A stretch of DNA of 64,000 bases from Candidatus Hydrogenedentales bacterium (lineage in GTDB: Bacteria > Hydrogenedentota > Hydrogenedentia > Hydrogenedentales > JAEUWI01). Position 1 is the stretch's first letter; every line of letters begins with the position of its first letter. The notes beneath the pieces are model-generated. The model saw only the letters and a program-made list of their open reading frames with translations, was not told the DNA's origin and searched no databases. The position numbers were made by a program, and so were the translations under genes. Below are positions 41,609-49,618 of this stretch, in pieces. The stretch spans positions 13,388 through 77,387 of the forward strand of contig JBHEKR010000124.1 of NCBI GenBank assembly GCA_041859365.1, written 5' to 3'.

Positions 41609-42993
41609 TAGAGGACAAACAGGGGGCGCTCCCCGATGATCAAGATGAACCTCGCAAGGAAGGAGCCGCGGCCAATTCTTCGGAGGCTTCATTGCTGGTT
41701 CGAGTGTTGGTTTGTCTGCTCGTGCTTGCTGCGGGCGTCATGTCGATGGCGCTGATGATCTATCTTAAAGAAGAACCCGCCGAGGCGGTTCTGGTCGAGC
41801 AGGCAACCCCGGTGGAGACACTCCAGGTGGCCCCGGAGACCGTACCCGTGGTTGTGGCGGGACTCGGCGAAGTCCGCGCGCTCAATGTTGTATCCTTGTC
41901 GACCGAGGTTCCCGGGCGTATCGTGGAAGTTCATCCCGATTTAGAGGTGGGGGAGAAGATTCCGGCGGGCGCGCTGCTCTTTCGGCTGGATGCGAGCGAC
42001 TACACTGCGGCGCGAGACCGTGCCCTGGCCCAGGTTAAACAGTTCGAGAAGACGGTGGAGCGGTTGACCCGTCAAATGGAAATTGACAGGGAGCGGTTAC
42101 TCACGATCGAGCGGAACGAGGCTCTTATGAAGGCTGAGCACGAACGCGTGAAGGCCCTGTACGAGCAGGACGATGTAGGCACGCGTTCGGCCGTCGATCA
42201 ATCGGAGATGGCCTTCAATCAGGCCGCCGACGCCCGCGATCAACTCGGGCAGGCCGTCACGTTGTATCCCGTACAGATCGAAGAAGCCCAGAGTGCTCTT
42301 CAGGCGTCTCGGGCCCAGCTCACCATCGCCGAGACAAATCTTCTTCGTACCGAAGTACGCGCAGCGTTTGACGCTCGTGTTAAGAGTGTGAATCTGGAGG
42401 TTGGCCAATACGTCAACCCCGGAATGCCAATACTTACCCTGGCCGACGACAGTATTCTGGAAATCTCCGTTTCCCTGGATAGTCGGGACGCCCGAAACTG
42501 GCTGCAGTTTGAAGGCCAGGCCTCAGGAGGGGATGTCTCCTGGTTTGGCGCATTGAAACCGGTCCCGTGCACAGTCTCCTGGACCGAGGATCCCACGGCC
42601 CACCGCTGGGAAGGGACGGCGCACCGAATCGAGTCCTTCGATCCCCAGACCCGCACCGTCACGGTGGCGGTACGCCTGACCGCCAATGCCTCGGAACGTG
42701 GCGCGGGCGGGCTGCCTCTCGTCGAAGGTATGTTCTGCCAGGTGGAGATTCCAGGCAAATCGATGGAACAGGTATTTCGATTGCCCCGCTGGGCGGTGAC
42801 CTATGAGGGAAATGTGTACGTCTCCCGGGACAACAGACTGGAGATTCAGGCCGTGGAGGTTGTCCGCAGCCACGGCGAGGAGACTTTCGTGAAAGGCCTG
42901 GCCGCGGGAGACAACGTGATCGTCACGCGACTTTCCAATCCGATTCCGAACGCGCTTCTCGCCCCCGAAGCCCAAGAGGCCGCGCCCTCATGA
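41605..42993 (+). CDS. RND efflux periplasmic adaptor (MFP/HlyD family)
   Basis: ATGA overlap with marR. TM anchor, lipoyl/barrel-sandwich motifs, coiled-coil hairpin, and LLFRLD...Y..A. Confidence 0.85.
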   Translation: MIEDKQGALPDDQDEPRKEGAAANSSEASLLVRVLVCLLVLAAGVMSMALMIYLKEEPAEAVLVEQATPVETLQVAPETVPVVVAGLGEVRALNVVSLSTEVPGRIVEVHPDLEVGEKIPAGALLFRLDASDYTAARDRALAQVKQFEKTVERLTRQMEIDRERLLTIERNEALMKAEHERVKALYEQDDVGTRSAVDQSEMAFNQAADARDQLGQAVTLYPVQIEEAQSALQASRAQLTIAETNLLRTEVRAAFDARVKSVNLEVGQYVNPGMPILTLADDSILEISVSLDSRDARNWLQFEGQASGGDVSWFGALKPVPCTVSWTEDPTAHRWEGTAHRIESFDPQTRTVTVAVRLTANASERGAGGLPLVEGMFCQVEIPGKSMEQVFRLPRWAVTYEGNVYVSRDNRLEIQAVEVVRSHGEETFVKGLAAGDNVIVTRLSNPIPNALLAPEAQEAAPS

Positions 42994-45900
42994 GAGACGT
43001 ACTTGCGGCATTCGCACGGAACTCGGTTTTTGCCAATATCCTGCTTTTTTTCTTCATCGTCCTGGGGCTGTTTGCGGCGATCAACATGGTTCGGGAAACC
43101 TTCCCCGAATTCAGTCTGGACTATATCCAGATTCGTGTGCCCTGGCCCGGAGCCGATCCGGAGGATGTGGAAGAGGGCATCTGCAGGAAGATTGAAGAGG
43201 CCATCGAAGCGATTGAGGGGATCAAAACCTACACATCCACCTCCGGCGAGAAATTCGGTTCGGTGCTGATTGAAGTGGAGCAGGGCTACGATACGGAGAT
43301 CGTGAAGGACAAGGTCCGGAACGAGGTGGAGGCCATATCCTCATTTCCGGAAGATGCCGAGCGTCCGATCACCGAAGAGGTCACCCTGAGACGAGAAGTG
43401 ATGATGGTTGCCCTGGCCGGTGAGGGACTCGATGAGCGCCAGCTCAAAGAGTGGGCCGAGCAGGTGAAAGAATCACTCCAGTTGCTTCCCGAGGTGAGCC
43501 AGGTCCAGATCATGGGCGCCCGGGAGTACGAGATCGGAATCGAAGTTTCCGAAGAACGGCTGCGCGAATACGGGTTGACTTTTGCCCAGGTATCGCAAGC
43601 CGTGCGGCAGAGCAGTCTCAATCTAACCGGCGGAACCGTCCGCACGGAAGGTGAAGACATCCGCCTTCGCACGATAGGCCGGAAGTACACCGGCAGGGAA
43701 CTCGCCGAGATTGTCGTGATGGCGAAACCCGACGGTGATGTTATCACCCTGGAGCGCATTGCCCGGATCGATGACGGGTTCTCCGAAGATAAACTGGTTT
43801 CCCGGATGAACGGCGCGCCGGCGATCACAGTTGCGGTGTTGAAAACTCAGGAAGAAGACGCCCTCGCCATTTCCAGGGCGGTCAGAAAATGGGTGAGCGA
43901 ACAGGAAAATGTGCTTCCCCAGGGGCTGAGCCTCAGAATCTGGAACGACACCAGTATCATGCTTCAGGACCGAATTGATCTCCTGCTGGAAAATGGGTTG
44001 ATGGGCCTGATTCTCGTCTTCGTTATCCTTTGGCTCTTCCTCGATCTTCGGATGAGTTTCTGGGCCGGCATGGGCATTCCCATCAGTATCGCGGGCGCTT
44101 TGGGCATCATGTGGGCTCTGGGCGCGACGATCAACATGGTTTCCCTCTTCGGTCTCATCATGGTTTTGGGAATTATCGTGGACGACGCTATTGTCGTCGG
44201 TGAGTCGATCTATGTGGCGCGACTCAATGGCGCGGGTCCGCTGGAAGCCGCCATCGAAGGCACGCGCGAAGTGGCCATGCCCGTAATCGCCGCGGTGACC
44301 ACGACCATTGTTGCGTTTATCCCCCTGGGATTTATTGGCGGGATTATGGGCAAGTTTATCGCCATCGTACCGATCGTGGTCATTGCGTGCCTGGTCGTGT
44401 CACTGGTGGAGAGCCTGATTCTTCTTCCGGCCCACCTGAACAGCCTGCCCAGCCCCAATGAACAGCGAAAGCTCGGCAAAGGCCGCGCATTCGCCTTCCG
44501 CATGCACCACTTCACCAATGACTGTCTGGTCTGGGTGGCGGAGCACCCCTATGCGACCTTTCTGCAGACCGCCCTGCGCTGGCGCTATGTTTCCCTCGCG
44601 ACCTCGCTTTCCATCTTTCTCGTGGCCATCGGCATTTGGGCCGGGGGCATCCTCAAGTTTGAGATGTTTCCCAAAGTCGATTCGGACATCCTCACAGCAA
44701 GCGTCGAATTTCCAGATGGCACCCCCATGACTGTGACGCAGGCGGCGGTGAAGCAACTGGAGGAGGCCCTCGCCAGGATTGCCGTCCGGGAAAAGACCCT
44801 CACCGGGGAGCCCATGATCAAGAATACGTTCTCGTTGATTGGCTCTGTGATTCAGGAGGGCCCGCCGAAGAACGGAAACAATGTAGCGTCGATCCGGGTC
44901 GAAATGCTCGACTCTCCCTCCCGTGGAATATTCTACGAGACAATCGCCGATGACTGGGAGAAAGAGGTGGGGAGTCTGCCGGGGGTACTTTCCTTCTCGA
45001 TCGTGGGGATGGAAAACGGCCCGCCCGGCGCGGCGATTGAGATCTGGCTTCAGGGGCACAATATGGATATGCTCAACACCGCCGCGGGCGAACTCAAGGA
45101 GGAGCTCGCGACCTTCGACGGCGTCTATCAAATCCAGGACGATTATCGACCGGGGAAGAATGAGCTCAAATTTACGTTGAAGCCCGAAGCGCGCGTCCTG
45201 GGACTTACGGTGTCGGATTTGGCACGCCAGGTCTATGCGGGCTATTTCGGTGAGGAGGCCTTCAGGATGCAGCGCGGGCGCGACGATATCCGGGTGCGGG
45301 TGCGCTACACCACGGAAGAGCGAAAGCAAATAGCCGAGCTCGAACAGCGCCGCATTAGGACGCCCCAGGGCTACGAGGTCCCGCTGCACTCGGTGGCATT
45401 TATCGACTACGGCGCGGGCCTCTCCAACATCAAGCGAACGGATGGCATGCGACGGGTGGCGGTGACGGCGGAGGTGAATACCAACAAGGCGAATACGGAA
45501 ACTATCGTGGCGGCGATGGAGAAAGAGTTTTTCAAGGGACTCCAGGCGAAGTATCCCGGACTCTATGTGGATTTTCAGGGTGAGAAAAAGAAATCGCAGG
45601 AGTCCTTCGGCAGTCTGAAGATCTCTTTTCCCTTGGCACTGATCGGTATCTATGTCATTATCGCTACGGCTTTTCGCTCCTACCTGCAGCCCCTTGTTGT
45701 CATGATTACGGTCCCTTTCGGAATCATTGGAGCTTTCCTCGGGCACCTCGCGCTGGGTTTTGAATTGTCCATGATGAGCCTCTTCGGCATTGTGGCCCTG
45801 GCGGGGGTCGTGGTGAACGATGCCATCGTATTGGTTGAATGCGTCAATATGCTCGTCGCCTCGGGGATGCCCTTCCGTGAGGCGATCTGGCGGGGCGGCG

Positions 45901-46235
45901 TACGCCGATTTCGCGCTATTTTTCTGACTACGGCCACCACCGTGGGGGGCCTCGCGCCTTTGATTATGGAGCCGGATGTGCAGGCCCAATTTCTGGTTCC
46001 CATGGCGGTGTCTCTGGCCGCAGGCGTTGCCTTTGCCACCCTGTTGACGCTTATTTTGCTTCCTTGTCTCCTTCTCATCTTGAACGACCTGCGCCGTGTC
46101 GGCCACTGGTTGTGGTATCGCCACTGGCCCACCCGAGAAGAAGTGGAACCCTGGGTGGGCGAAGCGGCTTCCCTCGCCAGTGCCCAGGCCCACCATGGGC
46201 ATACACCCCAGCCTTTAAGCGTGGTTTCACCATGA
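42990..46235 (+). CDS. RND efflux transporter permease (AcrB/AcrD/AcrF family)
   Basis: 1081 aa with 12-TM/two-large-loop architecture, and GIIVDDAIVVGE and VVVNDAIVLVE motifs. ATGA overlap upstream. Confidence 0.93.
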   Translation: MRDVLAAFARNSVFANILLFFFIVLGLFAAINMVRETFPEFSLDYIQIRVPWPGADPEDVEEGICRKIEEAIEAIEGIKTYTSTSGEKFGSVLIEVEQGYDTEIVKDKVRNEVEAISSFPEDAERPITEEVTLRREVMMVALAGEGLDERQLKEWAEQVKESLQLLPEVSQVQIMGAREYEIGIEVSEERLREYGLTFAQVSQAVRQSSLNLTGGTVRTEGEDIRLRTIGRKYTGRELAEIVVMAKPDGDVITLERIARIDDGFSEDKLVSRMNGAPAITVAVLKTQEEDALAISRAVRKWVSEQENVLPQGLSLRIWNDTSIMLQDRIDLLLENGLMGLILVFVILWLFLDLRMSFWAGMGIPISIAGALGIMWALGATINMVSLFGLIMVLGIIVDDAIVVGESIYVARLNGAGPLEAAIEGTREVAMPVIAAVTTTIVAFIPLGFIGGIMGKFIAIVPIVVIACLVVSLVESLILLPAHLNSLPSPNEQRKLGKGRAFAFRMHHFTNDCLVWVAEHPYATFLQTALRWRYVSLATSLSIFLVAIGIWAGGILKFEMFPKVDSDILTASVEFPDGTPMTVTQAAVKQLEEALARIAVREKTLTGEPMIKNTFSLIGSVIQEGPPKNGNNVASIRVEMLDSPSRGIFYETIADDWEKEVGSLPGVLSFSIVGMENGPPGAAIEIWLQGHNMDMLNTAAGELKEELATFDGVYQIQDDYRPGKNELKFTLKPEARVLGLTVSDLARQVYAGYFGEEAFRMQRGRDDIRVRVRYTTEERKQIAELEQRRIRTPQGYEVPLHSVAFIDYGAGLSNIKRTDGMRRVAVTAEVNTNKANTETIVAAMEKEFFKGLQAKYPGLYVDFQGEKKKSQESFGSLKISFPLALIGIYVIIATAFRSYLQPLVVMITVPFGIIGAFLGHLALGFELSMMSLFGIVALAGVVVNDAIVLVECVNMLVASGMPFREAIWRGGVRRFRAIFLTTATTVGGLAPLIMEPDVQAQFLVPMAVSLAAGVAFATLLTLILLPCLLLILNDLRRVGHWLWYRHWPTREEVEPWVGEAASLASAQAHHGHTPQPLSVVSP

Positions 46236-47920
46236 AGACGCACACTATCAGCCGGTGGTTGGTATCAGATTTCCCCATCCAAACTTCTGTGTGGCCCGTG
46301 CAACGCCGTAGACTCGTCGCTATCCTTGCCATGAGCGTGGCAGGCCTGTGCGTGCAAGCCTGGGTGGAAGAACCCCAGTCTGCCGAGGTTGTTGAAGCCC
46401 TTCCCGTGAGTGAGGAGTCTACTAAAGCTCCCGGAGCGGTCGAGGTTTCCCCAGAGACGCCGGACCCGGAGACGACGGGTGCGGTGGTGCCACTCCTGCT
46501 TGATCTTCGCGCGGCCCAACAGTTGGCTTTGGAAAAGAACCCGAGCCTTTTCGCGGCGGCGGCCAGGGTCGATCAGGCCCGCGCGCGGGTGCGCCAGGCC
46601 CGATCGCTTTATTTCCCTCAGCTTGACGCGGCGCTTTCGGCGACCCACACCAATCTGCCGTCGAATACAGTGAATGCGGCCAAAGATCAGGCCCTCTTCG
46701 CGCCCTTGACCTCGTCCCTGCGCGCCAGTATTCCACAGGCACTCTTTGACACCAGTCAGGGCGGCGGTGTGGAGGGGGCACTGTTTTCTTCGCTCGCGGG
46801 CCTTTATTCCGGGCTACAGGCCCGGGGAGGCTTTGACGAAAGTGTCGAAAACTATCAGGCTTCTATTACGGCATCCTTCATTCTGTTCGACGGTTTCTCC
46901 AGGCGCTTCACCAACGCCATGGCCCGCTTCGGCCGGGAGGAAAGCGAAGCAGCCCATAGGGAGGCTGTGCGTCTGGTGCTCGATGCCATAGCCCAGAGTT
47001 ACTACGGGGTTCAACTCGCACGGGAAAATGCGGCTATCGCCCGGGCCGATGAGTCCTTTAATGAGCGCCTGTTGAAGGAAGCCCGGCTTCGCAAAGAACG
47101 CGGTACGGGCTCCAAGAGCGACGTGCTCAATTTCGAGGTGGCCCTCCGCGCCGCTCAGTCGGCTCGAATCCAGGCGGAAGGACAGGAACAGGTCGCCCGG
47201 GTCGCGCTGGCTGCGCTCATGGGGCTTCCCGAAGCAAAGCTTGGGGAGGAAATCACCCTCTCGCCATTGCCGGACGAGGTTCCAGATGATCTTCAGTTGC
47301 CCAATGTGGAGGAGAAGATCGGTGCGGCCATGACACTCCGCCCCGACTTGCAGCAGGGCGAATTCCAGGTCGCTCGTATTGAGGCCCAGCTCGGCGAGCG
47401 GCGTTCCGCGTATTACCCGCAGGTACGCACCTTTGCTTCACAGAGCGCATCGGCTGCGGACAATGCCCGTTTCGAACAGGGGGATTTCGGCGCCACAGTG
47501 GGCCTGAATGTCTCGTACGGTCTCTTTGCCGGCGGACGGAATCGGGCCACGGTCGCCGAGGCCCGGCACCAGTTGGAGGAGGCGGAGTACCTGCTCGAAG
47601 CGCTGCGCCTGGGAGCCGCCCAGGATATTCGACAGAGCAGTATCATCCTTCAGACGGCCCAGGAAGCGCTGGCCTTGCAGCGCACCACGGCGGAGTACGT
47701 TCACACCAACCGCGACCTCGTGGAAAAAGAGTATGAAGCGGGCCAGGGGAGTCTGGCCCGACTCAACCAGGCCCAGCGCGATCTGGTAGAGGCCGAGGCG
47801 CGCCTGGCGCTGGCCCGGGTCGCCCTGTACTCCGCCTGGCACGAGTTGCAGACCGCAACCGGTGAAACTATTTCCGCCTTTGAGGGATATATCCCAGGCG
47901 GGGAGGCTGCATCCGAGTAG
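46232..47920 (+). CDS. TolC-family outer membrane efflux protein
   Basis: ATG at 46232 gives an ATGA overlap with the RND stop. Two OEP repeats (LDLRAAQQLALEKNPSL... and ...YYPQV...). Confidence 0.85.
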   Translation: MKTHTISRWLVSDFPIQTSVWPVQRRRLVAILAMSVAGLCVQAWVEEPQSAEVVEALPVSEESTKAPGAVEVSPETPDPETTGAVVPLLLDLRAAQQLALEKNPSLFAAAARVDQARARVRQARSLYFPQLDAALSATHTNLPSNTVNAAKDQALFAPLTSSLRASIPQALFDTSQGGGVEGALFSSLAGLYSGLQARGGFDESVENYQASITASFILFDGFSRRFTNAMARFGREESEAAHREAVRLVLDAIAQSYYGVQLARENAAIARADESFNERLLKEARLRKERGTGSKSDVLNFEVALRAAQSARIQAEGQEQVARVALAALMGLPEAKLGEEITLSPLPDEVPDDLQLPNVEEKIGAAMTLRPDLQQGEFQVARIEAQLGERRSAYYPQVRTFASQSASAADNARFEQGDFGATVGLNVSYGLFAGGRNRATVAEARHQLEEAEYLLEALRLGAAQDIRQSSIILQTAQEALALQRTTAEYVHTNRDLVEKEYEAGQGSLARLNQAQRDLVEAEARLALARVALYSAWHELQTATGETISAFEGYIPGGEAASE

Positions 47921-48020
47921 CCCGAATTAGGCCGGACTTTGATTGTTCCCCCGTTCTGTGCTACGGTATTTTCTGTTTTTAATCGCTTTTCGCGGGGAAT
48001 TTCCAAACAGGTGCTCCTTC

Positions 48021-49214
48021 ATGAATATCTCTGAACTGCTTTCCAATCCCTCCATGATCCACGCCGCCATCGTGCATATGCCCATTGCAGCGGCATTTAT
48101 CGGCTTGATCTTCGTCATTCTCAGCGCGCTGTTTCACCGAAACAACACGGTACGCGCCCTGACGGCCCTGCTGTTTATCATCGTGGTCGCGTCCGCCTAT
48201 GTCGCCATCGAATCCGGTGAGGATGCCCGCGATCTGGTGCCAAGCACGTTGCCCACCGTCGTGTGGGATCAACTTTCCGCCCACAAGGCGGCCGCAGAGA
48301 ACGTGCTGTACGCGGGCGCCTTCACTCTGGTGTGTTTGGTGCTCTCCCTGATTCGGTTCGATGTGATTCGTATCGGCTGTCTCCTGCTTGCTGCGGTCGG
48401 CGCGATCGCAACGAATATATTCTGCGCGAATACCGGCCATCTTGGTGGTTCACTGGTCTACAACCATGGCGTAGGGACGCCGATGGTTCACCAGCCAGTC
48501 CCGGCGCCCGCGCCAGAACCTGTAACTCCGCTCCCCGCACCGGTCATGCCCGGGGAGAGCGCCGTGCCCGAAGAACCGATGCCCATGCCTGGTGAGCCTG
48601 TGTCCGCGCCCGCCCCGGTGGAAGCGCCCCCGGCGGAACCCGTGCCCGCGGCGCTGGCGGAGAACCCCGAATGGCTCCCGATTCGTGAGTTTACTGCGGA
48701 AGAGGCCGCGCTGGTGAGCTTCAAGCGCGACGTATGGCCTATCATCGACGATCAATGCACGAGTTGCCATGAGAACCCCGATGCCGATGCGGATTACGAT
48801 ATGACCACCGTCGAAGGCATGGCCAAGGGCGGTAAGAAGGGCGGCCCCGGCATCGTTCCAGGCAAACCGGACGAAAGCTCCATCATTCACTACATTCGCG
48901 GCATCGCCAACCCCCGCATGCCCGAAGACGAGCCCCCCCTCTCCGAGGATCAGATTCACACGCTGCGTATGTGGATCGCCGCCGGCGCGAAGGACGACAG
49001 CGCTGAAGCGGAGTCCGCTCCGGCACCGACGGAACCCGCGGTGGAAGTCTCGGCTCCCGAAGCCGTTCCGGCGCCTGAGGTTGTTCCGGCCCCGGAGGTA
49101 GTTCCGACCCCAGAGGTAGTCCCGACTCCAGAGGTAGTCCCGACTACAGAGGCCACTCCGGCCCCGGAAGCTCCCCCCACAACGGTCGAGACAACGACAG
49201 AAGCCACGCTTTGA
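48021..49214 (+). CDS. membrane protein: DUF2231-like 4-TM N-domain plus Planctomycete-type cytochrome c domain (CXXCH) plus Pro-rich repeat tail
   Basis: ATG at 48021. N-terminal IHAAIVHMPIAAAF and 4 TM segments. The C-terminal VWPIIDDQCTSCHENPD...KGGKKGGPGIVPGKPDESSIIHYI...MPEDEPPLSEDQIHTLRMWI resembles the PSCyt1 domain. Confidence 0.8.
   Translation: MNISELLSNPSMIHAAIVHMPIAAAFIGLIFVILSALFHRNNTVRALTALLFIIVVASAYVAIESGEDARDLVPSTLPTVVWDQLSAHKAAAENVLYAGAFTLVCLVLSLIRFDVIRIGCLLLAAVGAIATNIFCANTGHLGGSLVYNHGVGTPMVHQPVPAPAPEPVTPLPAPVMPGESAVPEEPMPMPGEPVSAPAPVEAPPAEPVPAALAENPEWLPIREFTAEEAALVSFKRDVWPIIDDQCTSCHENPDADADYDMTTVEGMAKGGKKGGPGIVPGKPDESSIIHYIRGIANPRMPEDEPPLSEDQIHTLRMWIAAGAKDDSAEAESAPAPTEPAVEVSAPEAVPAPEVVPAPEVVPTPEVVPTPEVVPTTEATPAPEAPPTTVETTTEATL
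49053..49178 (+). repeat. in-frame 18-nt tandem repeat (7 units) encoding [A/T]PEVVP
   Basis: Encodes APEAVP APEVVP APEVVP TPEVVP TPEVVP TTEATP APEAPP. Two units share an identical 18-mer, CCAGAGGTAGTCCCGACT. Confidence 0.9.
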
Positions 49215-49234
49215 TCCTCTGCTGATTCAGGCGT

Positions 49235-49290
49235 GAAAGAACGCAAAGAGCGCAAAGAGATCAATATCTTTGCGCTCTTTGCGTTCTTTC
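49235..49290. repeat. perfect 24-bp inverted repeat (hairpin) built from tandem CGCAAAG units
   Basis: Left arm GAAAGAACGCAAAGAGCGCAAAGA (49235-49258), 8-nt loop GATCAATA, exact reverse complement at 49267-49290. It starts 21 nt after the stop at 49214. No U-tract follows. Confidence 0.9.
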
Positions 49291-49334
49291 GCGGCCAGGA
49301 TCGAAGCAGGATTTCTTTGAGTGGTTCAGGCGGA

Positions 49335-49558
49335 CGGGACCGTCCCGAACCAGGGAGACCTCGTAAGACGAACCGCGACCTCAGTTCCGCCACGGATCCA
49401 GGTACGCCGTGGCCCGCCAGGCGTTCGGGACCGTCCCGCGTTTTGAAGCGGGGGACAGTCCCGCACGTTGATACGGGCTGCGCTCCGGCAGGGCGATCCC
49501 TATTCAGAACGGATTGCAGTGGACTTTGTTGAGTGCCTTTGCGTGCAGGACAGTCCCC
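49335..49558. repeat. four GGGAC-N-GTCCC palindromes in one intergenic region
   Basis: CGGGACCGTCCCG at 49335-49347 and again at 49426-49438. GGGACAGTCCC at 49452-49462 and GGACAGTCCCC at 49548-49558. Confidence 0.85.
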
Positions 49559-49564
49559 TCAGGC

Positions 49565-49595
49565 AAAAAAATCGCCCCGATTACCTCGGGGCGAT
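49565..49595 (-). terminator. Rho-independent terminator of the 49619-51532 gene
   Basis: On the minus strand: 10-bp perfect stem ATCGCCCCGA/TCGGGGCGAT, 5-nt loop, then a T-run. It lies 24 nt downstream of the stop. Confidence 0.85.
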
Positions 49596-49618
49596 CTGTG
49601 CATCCGCTTGTTCAGGCA

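Noticed and set aside
44400-46202. 600-aa ORF antisense to the RND transporter gene
   Set aside because: Same reasoning: a shadow ORF inside a 1081-aa gene with clear AcrB-family features, and an Arg/Gly/His-rich nonsense-like composition.
49053-49178. Regular 18-nt repeats that might at first glance suggest a CRISPR-like or satellite array
   Set aside because: The units are contiguous with no spacers, in frame within a CDS, and encode a Pro-rich peptide repeat. No cas genes are present.
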